From Isurus oxyrinchus (lineage: Eukaryota), in assembly GCA_026770705.1 (NCBI GenBank), contig JANJGN010000031.1, positions 13,020,001 to 13,084,000 of the forward strand: a stretch of 64,000 nt of DNA, in the 5' to 3' direction. Position 1 is the stretch's first letter. Each line of letters starts with the position of its first letter. The position numbers were made by a program, and so were the translations under genes. This document shows, one piece after another, positions 22,700 to 34,433 of the stretch. The notes under the pieces were generated by a model, which was given only the letters and a program-made list of their open reading frames with translations, searched no databases and was not told the origin of the DNA.

Positions 22700-23730
22700 G
22701 TGGTTTATTGCGAGGGGAATGGAATACAAAAGTAGGAGGTTCGGCTGCAGTTGGTGAGGCCACATCTGCAAAACTGCCCAGAAGGACAAGACCAGTTCGG
22801 ACCAGCGCTCTTACTTCCCAGTTTTTACTGGTGTTCCATTTTAAGGTGTACAAGACCGGTTGGGACCAGCGCTCTTACTTCCCAGCTTTCACTCTTTTTC
22901 CTTCTGGATTTATAAAGTTTTGGTCTCCCTCTTTAAGAAAGGATATAATTACATTAGAAGCAATTCCAAGGAGGTTCACTCGACTGATCCCTGGGTTGAA
23001 GAGTGTTGGTCTTACGAGGAAAGGATGGACAGACTGGGCCTGTATCCACTGGGGTTCAGAAGAGTGAGGGGTGATCTTATTGTGACATATCGGGCCAGAG
23101 CTTTCGAGGGGTGGCAACCTACAGTCGGAATGCCGCTCTGTCCCTTTTTATTTAGTTGGGAGCTGCACACTCCTCATTGGACCTTCTGACTGGGACCTGC
23201 TGTAAAGCGGCAAGGTTGAAGGTCCCAGCCACTTTGAGAAGCCAGGGAGAAGGTAGGTGTGTAAGGTAAATGGGTGAGGGGCTCGGGTTTGGACAAGCTG
23301 TTGGGGGGGGGGGGTGGGGGGGGGGTGGGGTGGGGGGGGGGGGGGTCGGGTGGTCAGTCAGGAGGGGGGAGGGATGTTGTGGGGGCTTTCAGGGGTGTGA
23401 GGGTAGTTAGGGTATGGGGAGGGTAGTCAGGGGGTGTAGTCAGGGGATGGGTAGGGGGATAATCAGGGAGATGGGGCATGGATTCAAAATAATTGGCAAA
23501 AGGAGTCAAAGTGATGGGAGGAAATTTTTTTTTTTCACCCAGAGAGGGTGGTGGAGGCAGGTTCGATCGAGGTGTTCAAAAGGGAGTTGGATTGCTATGT
23601 GAAAAGAGAGAATGTGCAAGGTTACGGGGATAAGGCAGGGGGGTGGGTCTGGGTGGAAAGCTCTTTCAGAGAGCCAGTGCAGACTCGATGGGCCGAAGGG
23701 CCTCCTTCTGCACAGTAAAGATTCTGTAAC
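22700..23730 (+). mobile_element. Fragmented CR1 3' region with internal insertions
   Basis: KFWSPSLRKDIITLEAIPRRFTRLIPG..YEERMDRLGLY..RRVRGDLI; resumes at ~23475 and ends 'gatgggccgaagggcctcc..gattctgtaa'. Interrupted by a G-rich tract. Confidence 0.75.
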
Positions 23731-23739
23731 CTCTGCCAT

Positions 23740-24240
23740 GAGGCAGAAGTGGCCTCAGGCAAGGGAAGATGCTGTGGCACGAGAGAAATACTGGGAAGGA
23801 GGGTGTCCCAGGGTGTGTGTGGGGGGCACATGCTGACCTGTGCAAGCAGCCTCAAGGTGGTGAGGGCTGAGGAGGCAGTCTCCAGAGGAGATGAGGCCAG
23901 ATGAACATGTGAGGGTGTGTGTGCGAGAGAGTGAGTGGTGATGTCCCTTGAGTTGGCAGTGAGTGAGATGCCAGTGAACGTGTGATGGATTGAGTGTGTG
24001 AGTTTAGAGTGATGAGATGGTTGCCTTACCCTGGGGGCACAGTTGAGATCATTCATCCTCTTTCTGCACTGGATGGACAACCTCTTCTGTGCAGCATTGG
24101 CACTGACCACCACTGCCATCGCCTACCGAGCCTGAGTGGTGATGTAGCTGCCCCTCCTGCGCCCAGAGTGGGGGTAGGGGATATCACAGCGGGCTTCCAC
24201 GGCGTCCAGAGGTGCTCGAGGGCTGCAGTCTTCTTGCCTT
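23740..24240 (-). mobile_element. Second Harbinger-like Myb/SANT remnant
   Basis: High similarity to 12510-13040, including AVVVSANAAQKRLSIQCRKRMNDL and the GTAAG donor at 24025-24029. Confidence 0.65.
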
Positions 24241-24679
24241 GCATCGTTGGCGATGGGCTGAACAGCCTCCTTCTGTGCTTTCTGATTCTGTGAGTTGACT
24301 CCGGCAGCTGAGAAGCTAATAATCTGCCAGTGATGCAGTGCTGGGCACACAGCAGCTCTAACACCACACTCTTCTTTGTACCCCCAGTTGATGTTTTCTC
24401 AAGCATGCTAGTAATCTTCAGGGATTCTGGACTCTGTCAACATCTGTGGCTGAAACCAGAAATCCAAACAACTAGTATCCGGCACAAACAAAATTTCACT
24501 AAGTATCTTCCGCAGTACATCATTAGCAGGGAGATGGACACAGGCAGTTGTAGCGCAGGGAGATTTATATCAGTGAGTTTGCCCTCCATGACTGGAACGG
24601 TGGGGTGGAGGATGGGGAATTGATTGAGATATAAAGCAAAGGCTCACATCCAAAACTTTAACCTCTCTTTCCTCTCAGA

Positions 24680-25020
24680 TCAAGGGATTTGAGCACACAG
24701 CCGAAGGGTGACATGATATTCACGGCCCCTTTCTGAGGATGTCCTGCGCTGAGGGGTGAGGGATTAAACGGGAGGCCCTGCCTGCTCTCCCAGGCTGGTG
24801 TGGAAGATCCCACGGCAGGTATCAAGCGAGCAGCAGAGCTCTGGCGAAATATACCCCTCCACCACGGCCGCTAAAGCAGATTACCTGGCGATAACCCCGG
24901 TGTTTGCCACGCTTTTTTCCGGGAATTTCCTGCATTACAACAGTGACCAGGTTTCAAACTGGTTGTGAATTGCCTTGGGGTGTCCTGAGTGGCGGAAGGT
25001 GCTTTTTTAAGCGCAGGTTC
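24680..25020 (+). mobile_element. Degenerate, GC-shifted DeuSINE
   Basis: 'ttaaacgggaggccc..aagatcccacggca..gcagattacctgg..tttcctgcattacaacagtgac..ttggggtgtcctgag'. Confidence 0.55.
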
Positions 25021-26202
25021 CCCCCCTCTCACCAGGTCCTGGAAGGCTTGGTGTGGCTGGTTCCCCTGCAGTTCTGCTGCTTTGAGTATAGGTGGTGCTG
25101 TTTGCTGTAAGTTGACTCAGACCAACACTCCATCCCTCCTTTTTTAAATGGATCTTTCAGCTGCAGCTATTTAAACACAATATTTTTCTCCTTGCTAGTT
25201 TTAGTGTAAAAGTAGATTTGCCACCACATAGACTCTGCTATTCTGACTTTCCCTCCTTCGCATGCCTTGGTCCGCCTCAGCACCAGCCTGCATTTATATA
25301 GCGCCCGTAAGCTGGTAAAACATCCCAAGGTGCTTCAACCGGAGCGTTGTCACAGATTCCGCGGCGTAGGCTTAGAGAGGGAGATCCACAGCTTGGGGCC
25401 TAAGGCTGCCAATACCCGGGTGGGTGGGTGGTGGGGGGGGGGGTGCTGCTGAGGGTGTGGGGTTAGGAAATTGGGGATGTTCATCAAGAGGGTGGAATTG
25501 GGGGAACGCAAGAGTTCGCCAGAGGCTTTAGGCTGGAGAAGGCGATGGAGCCACGGAGGGATTTGTACACGAGAGTGAGAGTTGCCGGAGTGGAAGCCAT
25601 TGTTGGTCAGCAAGCACAGAGCCGGTAGAAGCAGTGCAGCAAATGGCCAGAGTTCCAGAGTTGGGGGGTGGGGGGGGGGGGGTGGGGGGGGTTGCGGGGG
25701 TGAGGGGGGTGTTGGGGGGGTGGGGGGGGTGCGGGGGGGAGCGGTGGGGTAGGGTTAATAAGGTTTTCACCCTCTCCATTTAGAGCTCCCTCCATAAACC
25801 CCATTCTCAGGCTATTTCCTTCCTAACCTACCAAAGCCTGTTTGAAACCCCATCTCTTTGACTCCCAACTTTTCCCAGCTGTGTCTCAACATCTGTTTGC
25901 ACTTGTATATAGACGTTCGGAGGGTTTTATGATGTTGAAGCTACTATATAAATCCAATTAAGCAGCATTTGAAAAAATAAATAGGGAAATATTTCCCCTT
26001 GGCTGGTAACTGGAGAACATAGATTTACGATTAGCAGTAAAGGAATAAATGAGATTTGTTTTTCACACACAACTGTTTGGATATGTGATGCTTGAAGCTA
26101 AAAAAAAGTGTTTGAAAAAGAATCCATAATAGGAAAATTGATATAAGGAAAGAAGAGGAACAGAGCTAAGGGGATAGCTCCTTATTGAGCCAGTACAGGT
26201 AC

Positions 26203-27200
26203 ATATGAACATACGAACAAGGAGCAGGGAGTAGGTCATTTAGCCCCTCGAGGCTGCTCCGACATTTAATAAGATCATCGCTGATCTGATAGGAACCTGA
26301 AACTTGCATCCCACCTACTCCCCCGATAACCTAATCGATGCCCTGGAGTGACTTTAGGTTATAACATGTGCAAAAACTGTTGCCATTCAGCCCATTGTAC
26401 CTGAAGTCCAGTAGAGTAAGAGGCAATTTAATTGAAACCTCTAAGATCCTGAGGGGTTTTGACGGGGAGGATGTGGGGAGGATTAAAAGCAAAAAACTGC
26501 GGATGCTGGAAATCCAAAACAAAAACAGAAACAGAAATACCTGGAAAACTATCGCATCTATATGGGCAACATGCACACTTCCTGAAATAGCTTAGGATGA
26601 AATTGAAAGATACTGGCATCTTATTAAACTCAATTCTCTACGTGAGGGCTATCTTGCTGACCAAGTATCTATCCACCTCTGCCTTAAAAATATTTAAAGT
26701 CTCTGCTTCCACCACCTTTTCAGGAAGAGAGTTCCAAAGAGTCACAACCCTCTGGGTGAAAGAAATTTCACCTCATCTCTGTTTTAAATGGGCGACCCCT
26801 TATTTTTAATCAGTGACCCCCCCTTAGTTCTAGATTCTTCCACAAGAGGAAACATCCTCTCTACATCCACAGAAACAGAAACACCTGGAAAAAACTCAGC
26901 AGGTCTGGCAGCATCGGCGGAGAAGAGCACAAGTTGACGTTTCGAGTCCTCGTGACCCTTCGACAGAACACAACAGAGAGTTCTGTCGAAGGGTCATGAG
27001 GACTCGAAACATCAACTGTGCTCTTCTCCGCCGATGCTGCCAGACCTGCTGAGTTTTTTCCAGGTATTTCTGTTTCTGTTTTTGTTTTGGATTTCCAGCA
27101 TCCGCAGATTTTTGCTTTTAATCCTCCCCACATCCTCCCTGTCAAAACCCTTAAAGGTTTCAATTAAATTGCCTCTTACTCTACTGGACTTCAGGTACAA
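26203..27200 (-). mobile_element. CR1 3' fragment carrying two insertions
   Basis: Reverse-complement tail 'acatatgaacatacgaaca'; matches CR1 40852-41375; interrupted at 26333-26652 and 26869-27120. Confidence 0.85.
26869..27120 (+). mobile_element. Fold-back Penelope terminal-repeat insertion
   Basis: ~100-bp inverted arms at 26869-26969 and 26980-27079, then a ~40-nt tail. 15-bp TSD atcctc(t/c)c(t/c)acatcc at 26854-26868 and 27121-27135. Confidence 0.9.
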
Positions 27201-27289
27201 TGGGCTGAATGGCTTCCTTTTCTGCTTTTGTGCCTTATACTCAGGAAAGCTATTTTGTTAAGAATTATACCCACTAAAGCGTTTAACTG

Positions 27290-27890
27290 TATCTCAGGTG
27301 GCAACGCCCTAACCTCCAAGTATTGTGGGTTCAAGTCCCACCCCAGGACTTGAGTTTGAAAATCTTGGCTGTCCCTTCAGCGCAGAACTGAGGGAGGTGT
27401 CGCCTTTCAGTGGAGATGTTAAACTGAGGTAAAAAGAAAAAATTCTGGAAATACCCAGCAGGTCAGGCAGCATTCTGTGGAGAGAGAAACAGGGCTGACA
27501 TTTCAGGTCTGTGACCTCTCATCAGAAGTGTTAAAGCGAGGCCCTCTCTTCTCTCCCAGGTGGATGTATAAGATCCCATGACACAGTTTTGAAGAAGAGC
27601 TGGGGTGGTGGGGAGTGGGGGGTGGTGGGGGGTGGGGGGTGGGGGGGTGGTTATCTCTGATGGCCTGGCCAATATTCATCCCAGCCCAACTCCTCATATA
27701 TATATAAAAAAAGCAGATTATCTGGTCATCATCACGTTGCTGCTTATGGGAGCTGACTGTGTGCAAATTGGCTGCCACTTCTCTTACAATGTAACAGCGA
27801 CTATGCTGCAGAGAAAGCACTTAATTAACTGTAAATCACTTTGGGATATCCTGAGGTCGTGAAAGGCGCTATAGAAATGCAAGTCTTCCT
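27290..27890 (+). mobile_element. DeuSINE (SacSINE1-like) with a Penelope terminal-repeat fragment inserted at ~27431-27528
   Basis: B box 'gggttcaagtcccac'; Deu-type core 'taagatcccatg..gaagaagagc..ggccaatatt..cagattatctggtcat..caaattggctgcc'; tail 'gtgaaaggcgctatagaaatgcaag'. Confidence 0.85.
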
Positions 27891-27959
27891 TTATGTTCCC
27901 AAGTGACCGGTCACCCACACCAGCAGAAAATGACATCCAGCGGCTCTTGTGGTCTTAAA

Positions 27960-29060
27960 TCCTGCTGATGACTTATCCTGCGTGACGAAGACCCTTGCGG
28001 ACAGATGCGCCGCACTGTCTCCCAAGCCCCCCTCACTGGGGTGGGGGGGGAGGTGTGGGGGGTGCTGCCGTGGTTGGTGGCCGGGAGGTCATCAGTAAAA
28101 GGCTTAAGGAAAAGTTAACACAAGACATTGTGGTTTCACTCCCTGGATGAAACGATGTTAATTTTTCCCCCTCTCTCTTTGATTTTTCTCCTCGATCCCC
28201 AGCTCCGTCACCCTAAAGAAAACGATTCCTGACTTCCCCGCAAACCCCAACCACCGACCCCCACCGCCAACCCTCACCATCCCTTTCACTCCACATTGTC
28301 AGCCTCTGCTTCCCTACGCACTCGCCGCGCTGCAGAGTCAAATGTTAAATCTGGCGGTAGCTACAGAGCACGTGCGTCACTCGTTGAGAGAAAATGGCTG
28401 AGTAGTGCCTCAGGGAGGAGCTCCAAGCTGCGTCTTGGCCCTTATCTAAACCGTTGCAAATATTTAGCTTTGAATAAATGTCTTTTTTGAAGAAAGACCC
28501 GTAGCCTCCGGCAAGGTTCTCTCCCGGAGTGAGAAACGAATAAATACCGAGAGCGAGCCACAATAACAGGGCCCACGCCACATCCTGGGCCTAACTCTCC
28601 GCTTCTGCCCGTGGCTGTCCTGTGCCTCCGACTGGACGGGACAAACCACGTGCCTCAGGCCGGGACATTCCAGTCCGGCGGAAAGCCGATGGGCTTCTGC
28701 CTGGCCCGTCGCTTCCCCAACAGCGAGGTCAGGAGAACCTGGGCCTTGGCCTGGTGGGCGCAGCTCCAGAGCTCAGGAAGAACTCGTGTTAAAAAAAATG
28801 AGGGAAACCTGGGGGCCGGTCGCTCGTTCAGCGTTACCAAAGCCGCAAGGGACGGCTTAATTGTTTCGTTTCCCTGCATCTCCGGATGGGAATAATCCCC
28901 GACGGCTGCAGTTAGATAATCCTCTGTGAACTCAGGCTGACCCCGCACGTACCTGTTAGAGTCGGAAAGTTGCCGGTGCTGAACTTTAATTTCATGTTTT
29001 ACGGATTTGTGGGACAGTGAGCTGCCTGGAGTTTAACCGCAGAGCTGTCCCGGCGCGGAG
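27960..29060. promoter_or_regulatory. CpG-rich, non-repetitive-looking segment (candidate promoter / CpG island)
   Basis: Visibly high CpG density, CACGTG E-boxes (~28369, ~28647), TGACG half-sites, and a minus-strand CAG|GTACGT donor at 28953/28952. Confidence 0.4.
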
Positions 29061-29369
29061 GGAGGACATTCGGCCCATCCTGTCCATACTGGCTCTCCGA
29101 ACGAGCAATTCACGTCGTGCCAATCTTCCGTCTTCTCCTCGCAACACTGCACGTTCTCCCTCGTGCTGCAGAGACGTATTATTTTAAAAAACATTCTTAT
29201 CCTTGTGTTCTAATCCCTCCATGTCCTCACCCACTCCCTATCCATGTAACCTCTTCCAGCCCTCTAACCTTCCAAGAACTCTGCATCACCCCAACGCTAG
29301 CCTCTTACACATCCCCCATTTCCTTTGCCCCCATCTTTGGTGGCCGCGCCCTCACCACCTTCCTTTTAT

Positions 29370-29640
29370 TTATTCATTCAAGGGGTGAGGGTGTCGCTGG
29401 CAAGGCCGGCATTTATTTGCCGTCCCTAATTGCCCTTGAGTACGTGGTGCTGAGCCGCCATCTTGAACCACGGCGGCCCGAGAGCCAAAAACATTGCTGT
29501 TGAACGTCGGAGGGAAGGTCATTGATGAAGCAGCTGAAGATGGTTGGGCCGAGGACACTACCCTGAGGAACTCCTGCACCGATGTCCTGGGACTGAGCTG
29601 ACTGACCCCCAACAACCACAACCATCTTCCTTTGTATTAG
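29370..29640 (-). mobile_element. Internally deleted LINE family B copy nested in an L2 remnant
   Basis: RT motif AGVPQGSVLGPTIFSCFINDLPS is joined within ~60 bp to the family-B 3' tail; L2-like sequence lies on both sides. Confidence 0.7.
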
Positions 29641-31369
29641 GTAGGGCTCTGGCCTTAGGCCCAAGACCCTAAGCTCTGGAATCCGCCCCCCCCCCTCCGC
29701 CCACCCACTAAACCATTAGGTAAGGTAATTAACTGCTGTTCACAGAGGACTATAGGCATCTTTCTCCTATCGAGGGAGAGACAGTTGGTTACAAAAGACT
29801 TGACAGACACCACTCCGCAAGCGTGGGCAAGGTGTGGAGGAGGCCTAAGCCTCTACCTCCATTTAATGACCCTCCCTCAAGCCTACATCTTTGAAAAAGC
29901 TTTCTGTCACCCATCCTCACACAGTCACATTAATCTGAGGCGGTCGCCTATCTAGTGTTAATAGTTTTCCATTACCAATGGAACTCACTTACAAAGGTGA
30001 CACATGTAATGTATTAAGCATATTACGGCGGGGTTATTAAATCAGTGTTTACCATTTAAGAGGCTGAGCTGATTCCTTGTGTCGAGTTTCATTCAGACCT
30101 GGTTCCGCTCTGGTTACCGATACGATGAGATGCTGGATCCAGCAGCTTGTGTGGTGAAACTTTCTGCCCTTGTTAAATATGTTTAATCGCTGGGCTTTCT
30201 GGTTCCTCCCTTGGTCGAATCGTGTTAACGCCAGCACACGCGGTGCGGGCTGCATCTCCCTCTTTGCCAGTCTGTGTCTGTTTTGTGCCTTTGGGGACAA
30301 TGCTATATGAAGGTAAGCCCCCCTCGTGCTCACCAAGATGGCGGTGCCCTGGGCCGGTGGTCTGGAGAGGGGAGGCACTAAGTCGTGGACGACAACGGCG
30401 AAGATGGTTGAACTGAGGTTTGGGAGGCCGCTCGTTGTCCTCCCTCCCCCCCACCGCCAATGTCGCCAAGTAGGATTCAGCTGCCGGTCCCAGCCCCAGC
30501 GCCTTGTGCAGATCCACAAACATGGCGGCCCTCCACCCTCTGCCCTCCAGCCAGGCTCTGGCCCTCCTGCGGGAACTCCCACCCGCTCGGCCGGGTCACC
30601 GCTATCCAGGATAGCAGCCAGCCTGGCACAAGGCCTCAGGCTCGGCCCCGGTGCAGCTACTCGGGGCGGGGGGGGGGGGGGAGGTGGGGGGGGGGGGGGG
30701 GAGGGAGGCTGCTGCGGCCTAGGCCGGTGTCCACCACTGGGTCCTGGTGGAAGCCTTACGGCCCAGGCTGCAGGTCGTGACCCCGAGTCGTGGGACCCAG
30801 ATTTTGAGGTTACAAGCTCCAAAGCATTGACAGCTGTGAGGTCCCTTTAAAGCCTCAGGGTTCATTCTGTCTATCGGTGGGTGTGGACTGAGGGACTGCT
30901 CTCCGAGGCTCAATTGCAGCTGCAATAAAAGGCCTGTGAATAGGTCGGTTTTTTATCCCCCTCTGTAGAAACCTTGTCTTCTCATCAACTCCCCCAACAT
31001 TTAACCCTCTGTCCTCCCACATCCCCCCCCGCTCAACAACCCAAGTCCACTCAGAGCAGCCCTTGTTTCCCTCAAACCTTCACACGAAACGGTCACAACG
31101 GAGTCTGAGACATTAAGATAGGGTCAGGCCAGGAAAATGTTTGGGAGGCGCCGTAAGGTCCTGGTTCACGTCCTGGAAGGAGTGCTCCCGGATCAGGAAA
31201 GGAAGATTTCTGGTAGCTTCCTTGGTGCTGTCTTACTTCAGGCTGTGTCCTTTGCGGCTGCAGTGAGCACGGAGGAAGACAGGGGGCATCGCCCCATAGT
31301 GGGGGGACGAGAACGTAGTAGAGTGACCTTTCTTTTCCACACGTTTTCTTGCAGCAAAGTGACCCTCTG

Positions 31370-31660
31370 AGGACCCGGGTTCAAATCCCACCATGGCAAA
31401 TGGTGAGATTGGAATTCAATAAAAGCCTGGAATTAAAGTCTAATGATGACCATGAAACTATTGCCGGTCATCGTAAAAAGTCACTTGGTTCATTAATGTC
31501 CTTTAGAGAGTTGGACACTTTAGGGAAGACCTGATGTCCTTACCTGGTCTGGCCTACATGTGACTCCAGACCCACAGCAATGTGGTTGACTCTTAAATGC
31601 TCTCTGAACAAGGGCAGTTAGGGACGGGCAATAAATGCTGGCCCAGCCAGCGAATAAACA
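31370..31660 (+). mobile_element. Family A SINE
   Basis: 'gggttcaaatcccacc..ctggcctacatgtgactccagacccacagcaatgtggttgactc..gggcaataaatgctggccc'. Confidence 0.88.
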
Positions 31661-31977
31661 AAATTAGTGTGTTTTTATTTAGTGCCCCAGTTTTTGGGAG
31701 CACATTAGGCACCCTAAATGAGGGATAGCTGTCCGTGTGTCCAATTAAATTTAGCTCAGTGTGACCCACACCAAGTGCCAGGATGTAGTACAAGGCCTAC
31801 TATTGTAAACAGAGTTGGATACTTTAGGGGAGGCGTTGGCTGTACTGTAATGGGTTAATAGAATAGATAGGCTACTGAATGATGTAGACTATGTTGTTTC
31901 TGTGACATCAGTAGTCATGTATCACAGACAGGCAGCACTCAGAGGGGGTGTGCCTGCTCAGTTACCTGCCTTGTACA

Positions 31978-32824
31978 TGTTGTCTTATTATAATGATATT
32001 ATACTTTGTGCTTATTTACTATACAAGGCACCAGGCACCAGGCACCAATTTCCCATAAAGGATTGGGTAAACAAGTTGTGGGTTCATTCATTAAGACTAG
32101 GTGCATGAGTTAGACCTCATCTGGAGTGGCGTTCTGGGCACCATACTTGAGGAAGGATGTGAAGGCATTGGAGAGAGTACTGAGGAGATTCACAAGAATG
32201 ATTCCAGTGATAAGGAACTGTAGCCATGTGGATAGATTGGAGAGGCTGGGACTGTTTTCCTTGGAGAAAAGAAAGCTGAGAGGAGACTCGTTGGAGGTAT
32301 TCAAGATCCTAAGGGGTATGGACAGGGTAAATGGTGAGAAACTGCCCCCACTCGAGAGCATCAAGAACTAGAGGGCACAGGTTCAAAATAATGGGCAAAA
32401 GGAGTAAAAGTGATGTGAGGAAAATCTTTTTTACCCAGAGGGTGGTTGGAGCCTGGAACAAACTTCCTGAGAGGGTGGTGAAGCCGGGTGCGATCGAGGT
32501 ATTCAAAAGGGAATTGGATTGTCATCTGAAAAGAGAGAATGTGCAAGGTTACGGGGATAGGGCAGGGGAGTTGAATTAGTTAGAATGCTTTTTCAGCGAG
32601 CCAGTGCAGACTCGATGGGCTGAATGGCCTCCTTGTACACTGTAAAGATTCTGTGATTCTGAGAACAGATACGCATAGGTATAAAGCTTGAAGATATCAG
32701 AGCTGTGTGTGTGTGTGTGTGTGTGTGCTCTGCTGAAAGTAAAAGTGAAACTAAGACTGGATCACGTGACACACTTCCCTTCTAGTGATGTCATGCTGAT
32801 ATCCCTTAAAGGCATCTTACAATA
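31978..32824 (-). mobile_element. Solo LTR with a 5-bp TSD, split by a CR1
   Basis: Reverse complement of the LTR at 34142-34419; TSD GTACA at 31973-31977 and 32825-32829. Confidence 0.8.
32110..32660 (+). mobile_element. CR1 3' fragment
   Basis: FWAPYLRKDVKALERVLRRFTRMIP..RTRGHRFKI..FFTQRVVGAWNKLP; tail 'gattctgtgattct'. Confidence 0.92.
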
Positions 32825-33109
32825 GTACATATTGTACATAGTGTAAATAAAATAGTTTTAAGTAAATACCTGAGTCTGGCTACATTCCTTCTTCACAAGA
32901 CACAAGGCCTAGTAGGTCCATTGAACAGTGGTGTAGTGTTCTGGGTGCCATACATGAGGAAGGATGTGAAGGCATTGGAGAGAGTACAGAGGAGATTCAC
33001 AGGGATAAAGAACTGTAGCTATGAGGATAGATTGAAGAGGTTAGGACTGTTTTCCTTGGAGAAAAAATGACTAAGAGGAGACTTGATAGAGGCATCCAAG
33101 ATCCCCAGG

Positions 33110-33445
33110 GGTAATGTCATTGGATCGGTAATCCAGAGGCCCACAGCAGCCGGTGGAATTTGAACTCAATTAATAAATCTGGGATATAAAGCTAGTCTCG
33201 GTAAAGGTGACCATGAAACTATTGTCGATTGTCGTAAAAACTCCATCTGGTTCACTAATGCCCCTTTAGGGAGGGAAATCTGCCGCCCTTACCTGGTCTG
33301 GCCTACATGTGACCCCAGACCCACAGCAAGGGGGTTGACTCATAACTGCCCCCCTGAAATGGCCGAGCAAGACACTCGGTTCAAGGGCAATTGGGGATGG
33401 GCAACAAATGCTGGCCTTGGACAACGACGCCCACCTCCTGTGAAA
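33110..33445 (+). mobile_element. Family A SINE following a CR1 fragment (32912-33110)
   Basis: Same core and tail as the other family A copies. Confidence 0.85.
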
Positions 33446-33804
33446 GGGAACAACACTCCTCCCCTGCCCCCATGCTAGGATGCGTTCTGACCACGGCGAG
33501 TCACTTTGACCCCTGTTTTATGTTTCAATTGCTTTATTATCCTCCCTCTGCGTTTGTTTGCATGCTACTGCACACTGGAAAATACTGATTCCATTCTGTC
33601 ACCTGTTTATTCTGCTGTATCTCCTGCAGCACAATCTGTCATCACACTAGCAATCCTCCCTCACACTAAGTACACAGGAGAGGGAAGAAGGGGCCTCAAG
33701 ACACTAACGGTGCCTGACGATGAGCATGTCTCAGTTGTCTCAGCGATGCAACGAATGAAGTATTTGCCTTCATATGCTCTCTTTCATGACATCTTTCCCA
33801 GCCA

Positions 33805-34130
33805 GTGACATAGTTTTGTAGTGTGGTCACTGTTTTAATGCAGCTAATGCACTTTGCATGTATAAAGCTCCCACAGTGATAATGACCAGATAATCTGCTT
33901 TGAGTGATACTGGTTGAGGGATAAATATTAACCAAGATGGTGGGGGAGTACTCCCCTGCTCATCGTTAAACCATGCTATGGTGTATTTGGCGTTTGGGAG
34001 GGCTCATTTGAAAGACAAGACTCTCCGAAGGTCCAGCACTCCCTCGGTTCTGCACTGGGAGTGAAAGCCTAGATTGAGTGTTCAAGTCTTTGGGGTGGAA
34101 CTTGAACCCAGAGCCTCCTGACTCAGGGTG
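33805..34130 (-). mobile_element. DeuSINE
   Basis: 'aatgaccagataatctg..gagggataaatatt..gcactccctcggttctgcactgg..acttgaaccca'. Confidence 0.75.
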
Positions 34131-34141
34131 AGAGATCGCAC

Positions 34142-34433
34142 TGTTGCAATATGCCTTTAAGGAATATCAGCATGCCATCACTAGAAGGGAAACGTGTCAT
34201 GTGATCCAGTCTTAGTTTCACTTCTGCTTTGAGCAGAGCACACACACACAACTCTGATATCTTCAAGCTCTATACCAATGTATAACTGTTCTCGTGTGCC
34301 TAGTGTTAATAAATTAACCCACAGCGTGTTTACCCAATCCTCTATGAGCAATTGTCTGGTGCCTTATACTTTATACAGTAAATGAGCTCAAGGTTTTATA
34401 CCATTATACTAACACAACATGGTGTCAGCGGTG
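34142..34433 (+). mobile_element. LTR (278 bp) followed by a tRNA-Leu-type primer binding site
   Basis: TGTTGCA...ACACAACA with an internal AATAAA, immediately followed by TGGTGTCAGCGGTG, which is one mismatch from the complement of a tRNA-Leu(AAG) 3' end. Confidence 0.7.

Noticed and set aside
30049-30850. 257-aa and 174-aa ORFs as genes
   Set aside because: They overlap on opposite strands, are driven by high GC and a G-run (poly-Pro/poly-Gly), and show no recognisable domain.
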